A stretch of DNA of 64,000 bases from an uncultured Acidimicrobiia bacterium. GTDB lineage: Bacteria; Actinomycetota; Acidimicrobiia; Acidimicrobiales; AC-14. Below the pieces are notes generated by a model. It had not been told where the DNA came from. It saw nothing but the letters and a program-made list of their open reading frames with translations, and made no database searches. The DNA lies in NCBI GenBank assembly GCA_963836205.1, contig CAWIIV010000020.1, forward strand, positions 64,001-128,000, in the 5' to 3' direction. Every line of letters begins with the position of its first letter. The stretch's first letter is position 1. Positions 41,077 through 51,366 of this stretch are shown in pieces. Position numbers and translations under genes: made by a program.

Positions 41077-41772
41077 ATGGCGCTGACGCCGGTGCAGGTG
41101 CGCATCCTCGGGTGCCTCATGGAGAAGGAGCGCACCACTCCCGACAACTACCCGCTCACCCTCAACTCGTTGATGTCGGCCTGCAACCAGACCACCAACC
41201 GCCAGCCCGTGAGCAGGCTGGAGGAGGCCACCGTGAGCAACGCCCTGTTGAACCTGCGGGGGCTCAACCTGGTGCGGATCGTCTACAGCCGGTCGAACCG
41301 GGCCGACCGGTTCCGCCAGGTCCTCGACGAGGCCCTGGGGCTCGACGGGAGCGAGGCGGCCGTCGTCTGCCTGCTCATGCTGCGGGGGCCGCAGACGGCG
41401 AGCGAGCTGCGAGCCCGGAGCGAGCGGCTGCACCCCTTCGCCGACCAGGAGGAGGTCGATGACGCCCTCCGCCGCCTGGCCCGGCGGGACGAGCCCCTCG
41501 TGGCCCGGCTCGAGCGCCAGCCGGGGCAGAAGGAGAACCGGTGGGCGCAGCTGTTGGGGGGCGAGCTTCCGGGGGCGGAGGCACCCTCGCTCACGGCCGT
41601 GGCTCCGACCGCCGCCTCGGGACCGGACGGGCTCATGGCCGCGCCGGCGTCGTCGGTGCCGGTGCCCACCTCGGAGCGACTGGCGGCCCTGGAGGGGGCG
41701 ATGGAGGCACTCCGCGACGAGGTTGTCCGGCTCCGGGCCGAGCACGACGAACTGGTGCGGGAGCTCCATTGA
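41077..41772 (+). CDS. YceH/DUF480 family protein
   Basis: RILGCLMEKERTTPDNYPLTLNSL..CNQ..LMLRGPQT..PGQKENRWAQL. Confidence 0.93.
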   Translation: MALTPVQVRILGCLMEKERTTPDNYPLTLNSLMSACNQTTNRQPVSRLEEATVSNALLNLRGLNLVRIVYSRSNRADRFRQVLDEALGLDGSEAAVVCLLMLRGPQTASELRARSERLHPFADQEEVDDALRRLARRDEPLVARLERQPGQKENRWAQLLGGELPGAEAPSLTAVAPTAASGPDGLMAAPASSVPVPTSERLAALEGAMEALRDEVVRLRAEHDELVRELH

Positions 41773-41780
41773 GAACCCGG

Positions 41781-43574
41781 ATGGTCCTCGCCGCAGCCCT
41801 CCTGGCGCTCGGGGTCGCGACGGGCGCCAACGTGTCCGCGGCCGGCGGGGCCCAGTTCGGGAACGAGCGCATCACCAGCTACGACATCACCATCGCGGTG
41901 GAGTCGACGGGCGACCTCGCCATCACCGAGGTCATCGACTACGACTTCGGCGTCCTGGACCGCCACGGCATCTTCCGGATCATCCCCGTCCGCCTCCGCT
42001 ACGACGACCACTACGACCGGGTGTACCCCCTCACGGTGCGGTCGGTCACCGGCTCGCCGGGCACTCCCGACGAGTACGAGGTCGACACCGTCGGCGGCAA
42101 CAAGGAGATCAGGATCGGCGACCCCGACAAGACGATCTCCGGCGCCCACCGCTACACGATCGAGTACGTGGTGAAGAGCGGGCTCAACGGCTTCGCCGAG
42201 CACGACGAGCTCTACTGGAACGCCATCGGCACGGAGTGGGACGTTCCCGTCGAGCACGCCACCACTCGCGTGCTCACGCCCGGGCCCCTCACCGACGTGG
42301 CCTGCTTCAGCGGACCGATGGGATCGCTCCTTCCCTGCGTCCGGTCGGAGCTCCTCGATCGCGAGGCGATCTTCGTGACGGACAACCTCCGGCCCAACGA
42401 GGCTTTCACCGTCGTCGTCGGCTTCGAGAAGGGCTTCGTCCCGGCGCCTACGCCTGTCCTCGACGAGCGGTGGGCGTTCGACCGGGCCTTCGCCGTCACC
42501 CCGGCCACGGCGGGCGCCAGCGCCGGCATCCTCGCCCTGGTCGTGGGGGGGGCGGCGGCCCTGCTGTGGCGCACCGGCCGCGACCGGCGCTTCGCCGGCT
42601 CGCCCGTCGACATCGCCTTCGGCAGCGAGACGGGGCAGGAGCAGACCGTGCCCCTCATGGAGCGCCCGCTCACGCCGGTGGAGTTCGCCCCTCCCGACGA
42701 CCTGCGCCCCGGGCAGGTGGGCACGCTCATCGACGAGACGGCGAACACCCTCGACGTCACCGCCACCATCGTCGACCTGGCCGTGCGGGGCTACCTGCGC
42801 ATCGACGAGATCCCCAAGGAGGGGTGGTTCGGCAAGAAGGACTGGAACCTGGTCGAGCTCAAGGAGGCCAACGGTCTCCGCAACTACGAGCGCAGCCTGC
42901 TGGCCGCCATCTTTCGGGGCCGGAGCGAGGTCAAGCTGTCGGGCCTGAAGAACACGTTCGCCACCGACCTGAAGAAGGTGGAGGACCTGCTCTACGACGA
43001 CGCCGTGGCCCAGGGCTGGTTCGCCCGCCGCCCCGACCGCACCCGCACCCTGTGGACGGTGCTGGGCGTGTTGGCGCTGGCCGGCGCCATCGGGATCACC
43101 ATCCTGGTGGCGGCCACCACCCATGCCGGGCTGGTGCCGATCCCCTTGATGCTCGGCGGCGTGCTCCTGCTGTTCGGCGCCCGGCGGATGCCCCGGCGCA
43201 CGGGCAAGGGCACGGGCACCCTCCGCCGGGTGCAGGGCTTCCGTCGGTTCATCGAGGAGTCGGAGAAGGACCGGGCCCAGTTCGCCGAGCGCCAGAACCT
43301 GTTCTCCGAGTACCTGCCCTACGCCATCGTCTTCGGCGCCACCGAGAAGTGGGCCAAGGCCTTCGCCGGCATCGACGGCCAGCTGCCGGACACCGGCTGG
43401 TACTCCGGACCCAGCCATTTCACCGTCGGCAGCTTCTCCGACTCGATGAACGGGTTCGCCACCACCACCGCGGGGACGATCGCCTCCACCCCCGCCGGTT
43501 CGGGGAGCAGCGGCTTCAGTGGCGGCGGGTCGTCGGGCGGCGGGGGCGGCGGTGGTGGCGGGGGGTCCTGGTAG
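41781..43574 (+). CDS. DUF2207 family membrane protein
   Basis: DELYWNAIGTEW, ATIVDLAVRGYL, YLPYAIVFG, GGGGGGSW terminus. Confidence 0.92.
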   Translation: MVLAAALLALGVATGANVSAAGGAQFGNERITSYDITIAVESTGDLAITEVIDYDFGVLDRHGIFRIIPVRLRYDDHYDRVYPLTVRSVTGSPGTPDEYEVDTVGGNKEIRIGDPDKTISGAHRYTIEYVVKSGLNGFAEHDELYWNAIGTEWDVPVEHATTRVLTPGPLTDVACFSGPMGSLLPCVRSELLDREAIFVTDNLRPNEAFTVVVGFEKGFVPAPTPVLDERWAFDRAFAVTPATAGASAGILALVVGGAAALLWRTGRDRRFAGSPVDIAFGSETGQEQTVPLMERPLTPVEFAPPDDLRPGQVGTLIDETANTLDVTATIVDLAVRGYLRIDEIPKEGWFGKKDWNLVELKEANGLRNYERSLLAAIFRGRSEVKLSGLKNTFATDLKKVEDLLYDDAVAQGWFARRPDRTRTLWTVLGVLALAGAIGITILVAATTHAGLVPIPLMLGGVLLLFGARRMPRRTGKGTGTLRRVQGFRRFIEESEKDRAQFAERQNLFSEYLPYAIVFGATEKWAKAFAGIDGQLPDTGWYSGPSHFTVGSFSDSMNGFATTTAGTIASTPAGSGSSGFSGGGSSGGGGGGGGGGSW

Positions 43575-43599
43575 CCGACCGCCCCATCGGACCTGGGCC

Positions 43600-43888
43600 A
43601 GAGGGGCTGGAGGTTGAGACAGTGGGCAGTCCGGGCAGTCTCCTAGGCGTGGACCGCGACGTCGACCGTCACGACGTCACCGCCGGGCTGGGGCCCGGCG
43701 ATTCACTCGTGTCGTCCACCGACGGCATCGTCGAGCGCCGCGGGGGCCGGCGGTCCTTCGAGGAGGACGGGGTGGCCGCCGTCCCCGAGGTGAGCGTCGG
43801 GAGGTCGGCCGACGAGGTCGTGGCCGATGCCGAGGGCACCGGCCGCCGCGTCGCGGGGGCGCCGCCCGGGGTCGGGGCCGTCGGCTGA
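43600..43888 (+). pseudogene. C-terminal remnant of a SpoIIE/RsbU PP2C phosphatase
   Basis: GSLLGV..DVTAGLGPGDSLVSSTDGIVE; no N-terminus and no final DD motif. Confidence 0.6.
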
Positions 43889-44298
43889 TGCCGGGCGTCG
43901 GGTCGCAATCGGCGACCAGGTTCCCCGGCGTTCCCGAGAGCGCAGGCCAGGCCCGCCGGTTCGTTGGCCAGGTCCTGATGGCGGCCGGGCGGCCGGAGGC
44001 GGTGGAGGTGGCGGTCCTGCTGGTCAGCGAGCTGGTGAGCAATGCCGTGCTCCACGCCGGCACCGACATCGAGGTCGTGGTCCGGGTCCTCCCCGAACGC
44101 CTGGCGGTGGAGGTCCACGACCAGGGCGGGGGCCATGCGATCCGTCGGCGGTACTCGAACATGTCGGGAACCGGCCGGGGCCTGATGCTGGTGGAAGAGC
44201 TCGCCCGCGACTGGGGCACGGTGGTCACCGACAGCGGCAAGTTCGTGTGGTTCGAGCTCGAGCTCGCCCCCGCCGGGGCCCACCCGGTGAAAGGGTGA
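43888..44298 (+). CDS. RsbW-like HATPase_c anti-sigma factor/kinase
   Basis: ARRFV..LLVSELVSNAVLHA..VEVHD..GTGRGL..GKFVWFEL. Confidence 0.92.
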   Translation: MPGVGSQSATRFPGVPESAGQARRFVGQVLMAAGRPEAVEVAVLLVSELVSNAVLHAGTDIEVVVRVLPERLAVEVHDQGGGHAIRRRYSNMSGTGRGLMLVEELARDWGTVVTDSGKFVWFELELAPAGAHPVKG

Positions 44299-44780
44299 CG
44301 GAGTTGGTCGACATCGACCGCCTGGTGACCGTCCGCATCCTGGGGCTGCCGGTGCCCGTCTACCTGCGGGCGAGCGAGCACGGCGACGAGCTGATGCGAG
44401 AGTTCGCCCTCATCGCGGCCGGCGCCGATTCCGACGGCAATTCCGACCCCGGGGTGCCCGTCCGGCTCACGGCCGTGGTCGACGAGCTGCGGGGTCGCTT
44501 CTCCGGCTTCACCCTCCAGCCCGAGTCCGAGCTGGCCGCGGCCGCCGCCTCGGGTGCGGACACGATCGACCTCGAGTACCGACTCCCCCCGGAGGCGGTC
44601 CAGGCCGCCGTCGACCTGGGCGGCCTGCTCGACGAGGCCGACGAGTTCTGCCGCGCCGGCGACCTCCTCACCCTGGAGACGCCGCCCGAGGCCGTCGAGT
44701 TCCGGCGCTGGTTCCTCGGCGAGTTCGTCCGCCAGGCCGCAGGCGAGGCGCCCGTCCCCTGGTCGGACTGGAACGGTTAG
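44295..44780 (+). CDS. Hypothetical protein coupled to the anti-sigma gene
   Basis: GTGA overlap; HGDELMREFAL..LDEADEFC..LLTL..FRRWFLGEF. Confidence 0.8.
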   Translation: MTELVDIDRLVTVRILGLPVPVYLRASEHGDELMREFALIAAGADSDGNSDPGVPVRLTAVVDELRGRFSGFTLQPESELAAAAASGADTIDLEYRLPPEAVQAAVDLGGLLDEADEFCRAGDLLTLETPPEAVEFRRWFLGEFVRQAAGEAPVPWSDWNG

Positions 44781-44800
44781 CCCCGGGGAAGAAGCACGGC

Positions 44801-46246
44801 ATGCCCTTGCATCCCCGCGTCCTCGACGACGCTCCCGTCCCGACGCTCGACGACTATCTCGGTGGCGGCGGGGGGCAGGCCCTGCAGCTGGCGGGCAAGG
44901 CCGAGCCGGAGGGCGTGATCGGGGCCCTGGAGGACTCCGGGCTGCGGGGACGAGGCGGGGCCGGCTTTCCCACCGGCACCAAGTGGCGGACGGTGTTCGA
45001 CAGCCGCTCGGACACCCTCCCGGCGACGGTGGTGGTCAACGCGGCCGAGGGCGAGCCGGGCACGTTCAAGGACCGGGCCATCCTCCGCCGCAACCCCTAC
45101 CGGGTGCTCGAAGGGGCGCTGGTGGCAGCCACCACGGTCGGTGCCGACACGGTCATCGTGGCCATGAAGGCGTCGTTCACCCAGGAGCTGGCCCGGGTGC
45201 GAGCCGCGATCGGCGAGATCCAGCGGGCGGGATGGGGCGAGGGCATCGAGTTGGTCGTGGTCGAGGGCCCCAGCCACTACCTCTACGGCGAGGAGACGGC
45301 CCTGCTGGAGGTGATCGCCGGGCGCAACCCGTTCCCCCGCATCGCCCCGCCCTACCGCCACGGCACCGACGAGCTCGGCCCCGACACCAAGTCGGCGGCC
45401 GACGAGGCCATGGCGTCGGAGACGTCCGACACGGCCGCCGCCCCCACCCTCGTCAACAACGCCGAGACCATGGCCAACATCGCCGGCATCGTGGTCGAGG
45501 GCCCGGAGTGGTTCCGGTCGGTGGGCACCGACAAGTCGCCAGGCACGATCGTGTGCACGGTCACCGGCTCCACCCGCCGCCACGGGGTGGGCGAGTTCCC
45601 TATGGGCACGCCCCTGCGGGAGGTCATCGAGACCCTGGGGGGCGGGATGCGCAGCGGCGAGCGGGTGCGGGCGGTGCTGTCGGGCGTGGCCAACGCCCTC
45701 CTGCCGGGCCATCTCATCGACACCCCCGTCACCTACGAGGACCTGAAGGAGGCCGGGAGCGGACTCGGCTCCGCCGGGTTCATCGTCTTCGACGAGACGA
45801 ACGACCCGGTGGCGGTGGCGGCGGGCGTGTCCCGGTTCCTGGCGGTGGAGTCGTGCGGCCAGTGCACGCCGTGCAAGCAGGAAGGACTGTCGATCGCCGG
45901 GCTCCTCGAGCGAGTGGGCCGGGATCAGGCCGACCCCACCGACCTCGACGCCCTCCGGGCGAGCCTGTCCACCGTCACCGACTCCGCCCGCTGCTTCCTC
46001 GCCACCCAGCACCAGCAGGTGGTGGAAAGCGTCCTGCGCCTGTTCCCCGACACGGTACGGGCCCACCTCGACCAGACGGCGCCGGCGGTGGTGCCCGAGC
46101 TGATCGTCCCCATCGTCGACCTCGAGGGCGAGACGGCAACCCTCGACGAGGAACACGCGGGCAAGCAACCCGACTGGACCCACGACGAGGAGTACTCCGG
46201 TCAGTCCCCGGCCGACCGGGTCGACGCCAGCACGCCCCCCTTGTAA
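44801..46246 (+). CDS. Stand-alone NuoF-like FMN/[4Fe-4S] NAD(P)H oxidoreductase
   Basis: SGLRGRGGAGFPTGTKW, NAAEGEPGTFKDR, YLYGEETAL, ESCGQCTPC..ARC. Confidence 0.9.
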   Translation: MPLHPRVLDDAPVPTLDDYLGGGGGQALQLAGKAEPEGVIGALEDSGLRGRGGAGFPTGTKWRTVFDSRSDTLPATVVVNAAEGEPGTFKDRAILRRNPYRVLEGALVAATTVGADTVIVAMKASFTQELARVRAAIGEIQRAGWGEGIELVVVEGPSHYLYGEETALLEVIAGRNPFPRIAPPYRHGTDELGPDTKSAADEAMASETSDTAAAPTLVNNAETMANIAGIVVEGPEWFRSVGTDKSPGTIVCTVTGSTRRHGVGEFPMGTPLREVIETLGGGMRSGERVRAVLSGVANALLPGHLIDTPVTYEDLKEAGSGLGSAGFIVFDETNDPVAVAAGVSRFLAVESCGQCTPCKQEGLSIAGLLERVGRDQADPTDLDALRASLSTVTDSARCFLATQHQQVVESVLRLFPDTVRAHLDQTAPAVVPELIVPIVDLEGETATLDEEHAGKQPDWTHDEEYSGQSPADRVDASTPPL

Positions 46247-46308
46247 CCACCCCCGGCGGTAGGGTGATCGCTCACCGGACGGGGACGGCCTGGCGAAGGG
46301 AGCTGGTG

Positions 46309-46871
46309 ATGGAAAGGACGACGTCCAGCGGGCGCGGTACGACCGGGTGTTCCAGGCCTACGAGAGCCCCGAGGGCGACCTCACCTGGGACAGCTTCTCG
46401 GCCCACATCGACACCCTGGCCGCCCAGCGGGGGATGGCCGCCGACTCGCCCGAAGTCGGCACCCTCCGGGAGGGGCTCCGGGCCTACTGGGACCAGCTGT
46501 CGGGCATGGCCGACACCGACCACGACGGCCGGGTCAGCCGCGACGAGTGGCGGGCGTTCTGCACGGGGATGACCGAGGTCGTGCGCCAGGCGGCGGCCGC
46601 CGGCGGCGAGTTCCCCCTCACCCCGTGGATCCGGGCCCTCTACGCCCTCATCGACGCCGACGGCGACGGGCGCATCACCCAGGAGGAGTACGGGAACTGG
46701 CTCGCCGTGCTCGGCCTGGCCGCCGACACCGACGTCGCCGCCGCCTTCGCCGGCTTCGACACCGACGAGAACGGCACCCTGTCGTGGGAGGAGTTCGCCT
46801 CGGCCAGCCAGCAGTACTGGTCGGACTTCGAGAACCTCGACCTGCCCGGCGCCCGCTGGATCGGCCCGTGA
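46309..46871 (+). CDS. EF-hand calcium-binding protein (calerythrin-like); start uncertain, possible 1-nt error
   Basis: DTDHDGRVSRDEW, DADGDGRITQEEY, DTDENGTLSWEEF. Confidence 0.88.
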
Positions 46872-48010
46872 AGGCCCGGACCCGGTCCGGAGCCGCCCTG
46901 GCCCTCGCCCTGTCCGTGGCCGGGACCCTGCTGGCCGGCTGCGGGGACCCACCGTCGTCGCCGGGGCCGACGACCACCGAGCCCACCACGGCCACCACGG
47001 CCACCACCTCCGCGCCGCCGACCACCGTCGAGGCAGTCGACTACCACCGCTTCGGCGATCCGAAGGTGCTCACCAACGGGTTCCTCGGTCGGTCGAGTGC
47101 TGACGGGACGGTCCTGTTCGTCGAGGCCGTCGACCCCGAGCTGTCGAAGCCGGGGTGCGAGGGGCAGCCCGAGCCGGTGATGTTCCGCGTGCCCACCGAT
47201 GGCAGTCCCCGGGCCGCCGTCCTGGTCGACGGGGCCACCATCCGCGGCACCGTGGTGCGCGGACCGGAAGGGCGGGTGGCGGTGGTGAAGGGATGCGAGG
47301 AGTTCGTGTCCGACGTGCTGGTCGGCTCGGAAGCGGCCGACGGCACGTTCGCCGACCTCCGCCGGGTGCCCCTCGTCCGGGAGTCCGGGTTCCTCTCCGG
47401 GTTCGGCTGGTCGGCCGACGGCCAACGGCTGCTCGCCGGGCGCAACAACCTCACCCAGGAGACGCCGGCCGACATCGTGTCGATCGACCCGACCACCGGC
47501 GCCTCGACCCTCGTGTTCACCGTCGACGGAGCCGAATCCAGGGCCGTCACCCAGGTGGCCCAGCTCCCCGACGGCACCTACGTGGTGGCCGGATTCGGCT
47601 CGGTCAGCCTCCGTGACTCGACCGGTGCGGCCCGGGCCCGGGCGCCGGGCTTCGGGTTCACGGTCTCCGAGGCTTCGGGGGTGGCCGTCTACCGCGACGG
47701 CGTCGTCCTGCTATCGGACGGGGGCCCCCGGACGGTGGTCCCCGCCGAGCCCGGCGTCATCGTGATCACGGCCGCCTTCTCCCCCGACGGCGCCGCCCTG
47801 GTGTACACGTCCGGTCCCGAGGGGGTGGAGTCGGTCGCCGTCACCACGCTCGCCGACGGCCGCACGACCACCGTCGAAGGCCCCGCCGGGCGCCACCTGC
47901 GGGCGCTCTTCACCGGCGACGGGCGGGCGGTGGCCTTCAATCGCCAGCCCGACCCCGACGCCAACCCCGAGGCCGGCGCCGAGGTCGTCCTGGTCCCCGT
48001 CGGCGGCTAA
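46868..48010 (+). CDS. Lipoprotein with probable beta-propeller (TolB-like)
   Basis: LLAGC lipobox, Thr linker, WSADGQRL, FSPDGAAL, FTGDGRAV repeats. Confidence 0.8.
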   Translation: MKARTRSGAALALALSVAGTLLAGCGDPPSSPGPTTTEPTTATTATTSAPPTTVEAVDYHRFGDPKVLTNGFLGRSSADGTVLFVEAVDPELSKPGCEGQPEPVMFRVPTDGSPRAAVLVDGATIRGTVVRGPEGRVAVVKGCEEFVSDVLVGSEAADGTFADLRRVPLVRESGFLSGFGWSADGQRLLAGRNNLTQETPADIVSIDPTTGASTLVFTVDGAESRAVTQVAQLPDGTYVVAGFGSVSLRDSTGAARARAPGFGFTVSEASGVAVYRDGVVLLSDGGPRTVVPAEPGVIVITAAFSPDGAALVYTSGPEGVESVAVTTLADGRTTTVEGPAGRHLRALFTGDGRAVAFNRQPDPDANPEAGAEVVLVPVGG

Positions 48011-48396
48011 CGGGCGGGGGCGGGCGGGGGGCGGGGCGGGCCGGAGCGCCGGAGGCGGCCGCCGTAGGCGACGGCCGTGGTGGCGACGGCCACGCCCAGG
48101 ATGCCGAGGCCGATGGCCGGGTTCATCCCCGACGGGTGCCACGGCGCCACGAGGTAGTGCTCCAGGTAGCCGCCGGCGTAGACCTCGTCGCCCGCCAGCC
48201 GGCGCAGGGCCTTCTCCCAGTCGGTCAGCGGGCAGTCGAGGCCGCCGGCGTAGATGGCGGCGGTGCCGGCGAGGACCACGAGGTGGGCCTTGGTGACCCG
48301 GGGATGGCGGCGGGCGACGAACCCGCCGGCGAGCAGGAACCCGATGATGGCGAGGTGGGACACCGCCACCGCGTCGGCCGCGCGTCGCAGGACCAT
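48007..48396 (-). CDS. DUF2784 family membrane protein
   Basis: ADAVAVSHLA..CPLTDWEKALRR..GGYLEHYL. Confidence 0.88.
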   Translation of the reverse strand: MVLRRAADAVAVSHLAIIGFLLAGGFVARRHPRVTKAHLVVLAGTAAIYAGGLDCPLTDWEKALRRLAGDEVYAGGYLEHYLVAPWHPSGMNPAIGLGILGVAVATTAVAYGGRLRRSGPPRPPPAPAR

Positions 48397-48441
48397 CGAA
48401 CGGCCAGGGTAGCGGCGGGCGCCGACCGAGCCGCCCCTCCA

Positions 48442-48493
48442 CGAACTGGTGACACGAAAGGTGGCCACCGCCACCGAAAACGTCACCGGTTCG
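48442..48493. repeat. Intergenic copy of the 52 bp palindromic element
   Basis: cgaactggtgac..accgaaaacgtcaccggttcg, similar to the reverse complement of 16410-16460. Confidence 0.85.
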
Positions 48494-48509
48494 GGGTGTC
48501 GGTGTCGGG

Positions 48510-51344
48510 CTACCCGGTGTTTCGCAGCCCGGCGGCGATGCCGTTCACCGTCAGCAACAGCGCCCGGCGGAGCATGGGTGGGGGGTCGTCCGACGCCCGC
48601 AGGCGGCCCAGCAGGCTCACCTGCAGCCGGCAAAGGGGGTCCAAATAGGCCTGGCGGACGTCGAGCGTGCGTTGCAACTCGGGCTGGCGGTCGAGCAGCC
48701 GACGCTCACCGGTCAGGCGCAGCACCTCGTCCACCGTCCGCTCGTGCTCCTCCCGGATGCGGTCGAACAGGTGGTGCAGGCCGGGGTCGACGAGGGTGCG
48801 CACGTAGTGGCGGGCCAGGCCCATGTCGGTCTTGGCCAGGGTCATCTCCACGTTGGACACGAACACCCGGAAGAAGTGCCAGTGCTCGTGCATCTCGGCC
48901 AGCACGTCGCCGTAGCCGGCCTCCCGGGCTGCGGCCAGGCCCGTGCCCAGCCCGAACCAGCCGGGGATGATCTGGCGGGACTGGTTCCACGCGAACACCC
49001 ACGGGATGGCCCGCATGGAGTCGAGTCCCCCGCCGCCCTCGACCCGGGACGCGGGACGGGACCCGATGTTGAGGTCGCCCAGCTCGGTGACGGGCGTCGC
49101 CGTCAGGAAGTAGTCGACCAGGCCGGGCGCATCGACCAGGGACCGGTAGGCGGCGAAGGCGGCGTCGGACACGTCGTCCATGGCCACGTCCCACCGGTCG
49201 AGCACGTCCATCGGCTGCCGGGAATCCCGGTGCAGCAGCGACGCCTCCAGCACCGCCGCCAGCAGGATCTCCAGGTTGTGGCGGGCGAGGCCGGGCAGGC
49301 CGTAGCGCTCGGAGATCACCTCGCCCTGCTCGGTGATCTTCATCTGGCCCTCGAGGGTGCCGAACGGCTGGGCCAGCACCGCCTCGTGGGCTGGTCCCCC
49401 GCCCCGGCTCACCGTGCCCCCCCGGCCGTGGAACAGCCGCAGCAGCACCCCGTGGCGCTGGACCACGTCGCGCAGCCGGCGCTGGGCCCGTTGGATCTCC
49501 CACTGCGACGTGGTGATGCCGGCGTCCTTGTTGGAGTCGGAGTAGCCCAGCATGACCTCCTGGACGTCGCCCCGCAGCGCCACCAGCCGCCGGTAGGACG
49601 GGTCGGAGAGCAGCTCGTCGAGGATCTCGCCCGCCCGCCGCAGCTCGACGACCGTCTCCAGGAGGGGGACGAAGTTGATCCGGGCCAGGCCGGTGCGCAC
49701 GTCGACCAGGCCCGCCTCCCGGGCCAGGACGGCCGCCGCCAGCACGTCGTCGGCGCCGCCGGTCATGGAGACGATGTAGGTCTCCACGATCTCGTCGCCA
49801 TAGCGGTCGAGAGCCTGGCGCATGGCCTCGAAGGTGGCCATGGTGGCCGCCGGCCCCTCGGGCAGGACGGTGGTGGGGGCGATCAGGGGGCGCCGGCTGG
49901 TGAGCTCCCGGGACAGCACCCGCATCCGCTCCGACCGGAGGAGCCGCTGGTAGGGGACGGGGAGGTCCTCCAGCGGGTCGAACAGGGCGGCCAGGGCCTC
50001 GTGGTGCTTGGCCGCGTGCTCCCGCACGTCCATGGTGGCCAGGTTGAGGCCGAAGGTGGCGGTCGTCCGCATCATGCGGGCGACGACCCCGGCGGCGGCG
50101 GTGCCGCCCCGGTTGGTACGCAGCGACGTGGCCATGATGGCCAGCTCGTTCAGCAGCTCGAAGCGGTCGCGGTAGTCGAGGCCGTCGACATGGGACGTGC
50201 CCTCGGCCGCCCGCCGGGCGGTGTTCTCCAGCCGCTGGCGGATGTAGGCGCATTTCAGCCGGTAGGGCTCCTCGCCGTAGAGGCGCACCGAGCGGTCGTA
50301 GACCTCGGGCATGACGATGCGGTCCTCGGCCAGGCCGAGCAGCAGGTCCTCCGACACGGGGACGATGCGGGTGGAGATGCTCAGGTCGCGCACCAGGGCG
50401 TCGACCGAGGCAATCAGGTCGGCGATGCCCCGCTCGTGCTGGATGGCGAGCACGTCGAGGGTGACCTGCGGCGTGACGTTGGGATTTCCGTCCCGGTCGC
50501 CGCCGACCCACGTCCCGAAGCGCAATGGGCGGGCGCCCACGCCCAGGTCGACCCCCAACCGGGCCAGCTCCCGGGTGAGGTCCTCCAGGATGTCGGGGAC
50601 GACGGCCCGGCACAGCTCCTGCAGGTGGTACTGGATCGAGCTGGCCTCCTCCGACGGCTCGGGCTTGCCCTGGCGCAGCTCGTCGGTCTGCCACAGAAGG
50701 TCGACGACCTCGGCGAACCGTCCCTCGATGCGCTCCCGCTCGGCGGGGGACGCGTCCTGCCGGGTGCGGAGCAGCTCGGCCACCTGCCGCATCTTGGACA
50801 GCACCGACCGGCGGGCGGCCTGGGTGGGGTGCGACGTGAACACCGGCCACAGCTCGAGCCGGCGGACGACGTCGTCGACGAGGGTCGACGGCACCCCCTC
50901 GGCCTCGATGCGGTCGACCGCCTCCGCCAGCCGTCCGCCCCGGCCCGACGTGCGCTCGACGTGGCGGGCCTGGTGCACCTGCTGGACCACGTTGGCCAGG
51001 TGGAACCAGGCCGAGAAGGCCCGCACCAGGAGGATCTCGGTGGGCAGGTCGACCCCCGCGAGGACCGCGCCCAGGCGGGCGTCGGCCTTCTCCCCCGCAT
51101 CACCGCCGTCGTCGTCGTCCGGCTGGCCCTCGTGCGGCCACGTGGCCCGGGTGGCGCGCTGCACCTCCTGGACCAGGGCCGACAGGGCCGGGCCCTCCTG
51201 GCGGTCGAGGGACTCCCCGAGCATGCGCCCGACCCATTCCAGGTCGGCCCGTACTGCGGGGGCGTCGGGGTCGGGCTCGGCCACCGTGTAGCGCGCTGTG
51301 GCGGGAGCCGGAGCCGGGGCCGGGGCCGCGGTCGGGGGCGTCAT
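48510..51344 (-). CDS. ppc: Phosphoenolpyruvate carboxylase
   Basis: VFTSHPTQ, WVGGDRDGNP, VMLGYSDSNKD, FHGRGGTVSRGG, RAIPWVF, AAGLRNTG. Confidence 0.97.
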   Translation of the reverse strand: MTPPTAAPAPAPAPATARYTVAEPDPDAPAVRADLEWVGRMLGESLDRQEGPALSALVQEVQRATRATWPHEGQPDDDDGGDAGEKADARLGAVLAGVDLPTEILLVRAFSAWFHLANVVQQVHQARHVERTSGRGGRLAEAVDRIEAEGVPSTLVDDVVRRLELWPVFTSHPTQAARRSVLSKMRQVAELLRTRQDASPAERERIEGRFAEVVDLLWQTDELRQGKPEPSEEASSIQYHLQELCRAVVPDILEDLTRELARLGVDLGVGARPLRFGTWVGGDRDGNPNVTPQVTLDVLAIQHERGIADLIASVDALVRDLSISTRIVPVSEDLLLGLAEDRIVMPEVYDRSVRLYGEEPYRLKCAYIRQRLENTARRAAEGTSHVDGLDYRDRFELLNELAIMATSLRTNRGGTAAAGVVARMMRTTATFGLNLATMDVREHAAKHHEALAALFDPLEDLPVPYQRLLRSERMRVLSRELTSRRPLIAPTTVLPEGPAATMATFEAMRQALDRYGDEIVETYIVSMTGGADDVLAAAVLAREAGLVDVRTGLARINFVPLLETVVELRRAGEILDELLSDPSYRRLVALRGDVQEVMLGYSDSNKDAGITTSQWEIQRAQRRLRDVVQRHGVLLRLFHGRGGTVSRGGGPAHEAVLAQPFGTLEGQMKITEQGEVISERYGLPGLARHNLEILLAAVLEASLLHRDSRQPMDVLDRWDVAMDDVSDAAFAAYRSLVDAPGLVDYFLTATPVTELGDLNIGSRPASRVEGGGGLDSMRAIPWVFAWNQSRQIIPGWFGLGTGLAAAREAGYGDVLAEMHEHWHFFRVFVSNVEMTLAKTDMGLARHYVRTLVDPGLHHLFDRIREEHERTVDEVLRLTGERRLLDRQPELQRTLDVRQAYLDPLCRLQVSLLGRLRASDDPPPMLRRALLLTVNGIAAGLRNTG

Positions 51345-51366
51345 GGGCCGGCCATGCCCAGGTCGG

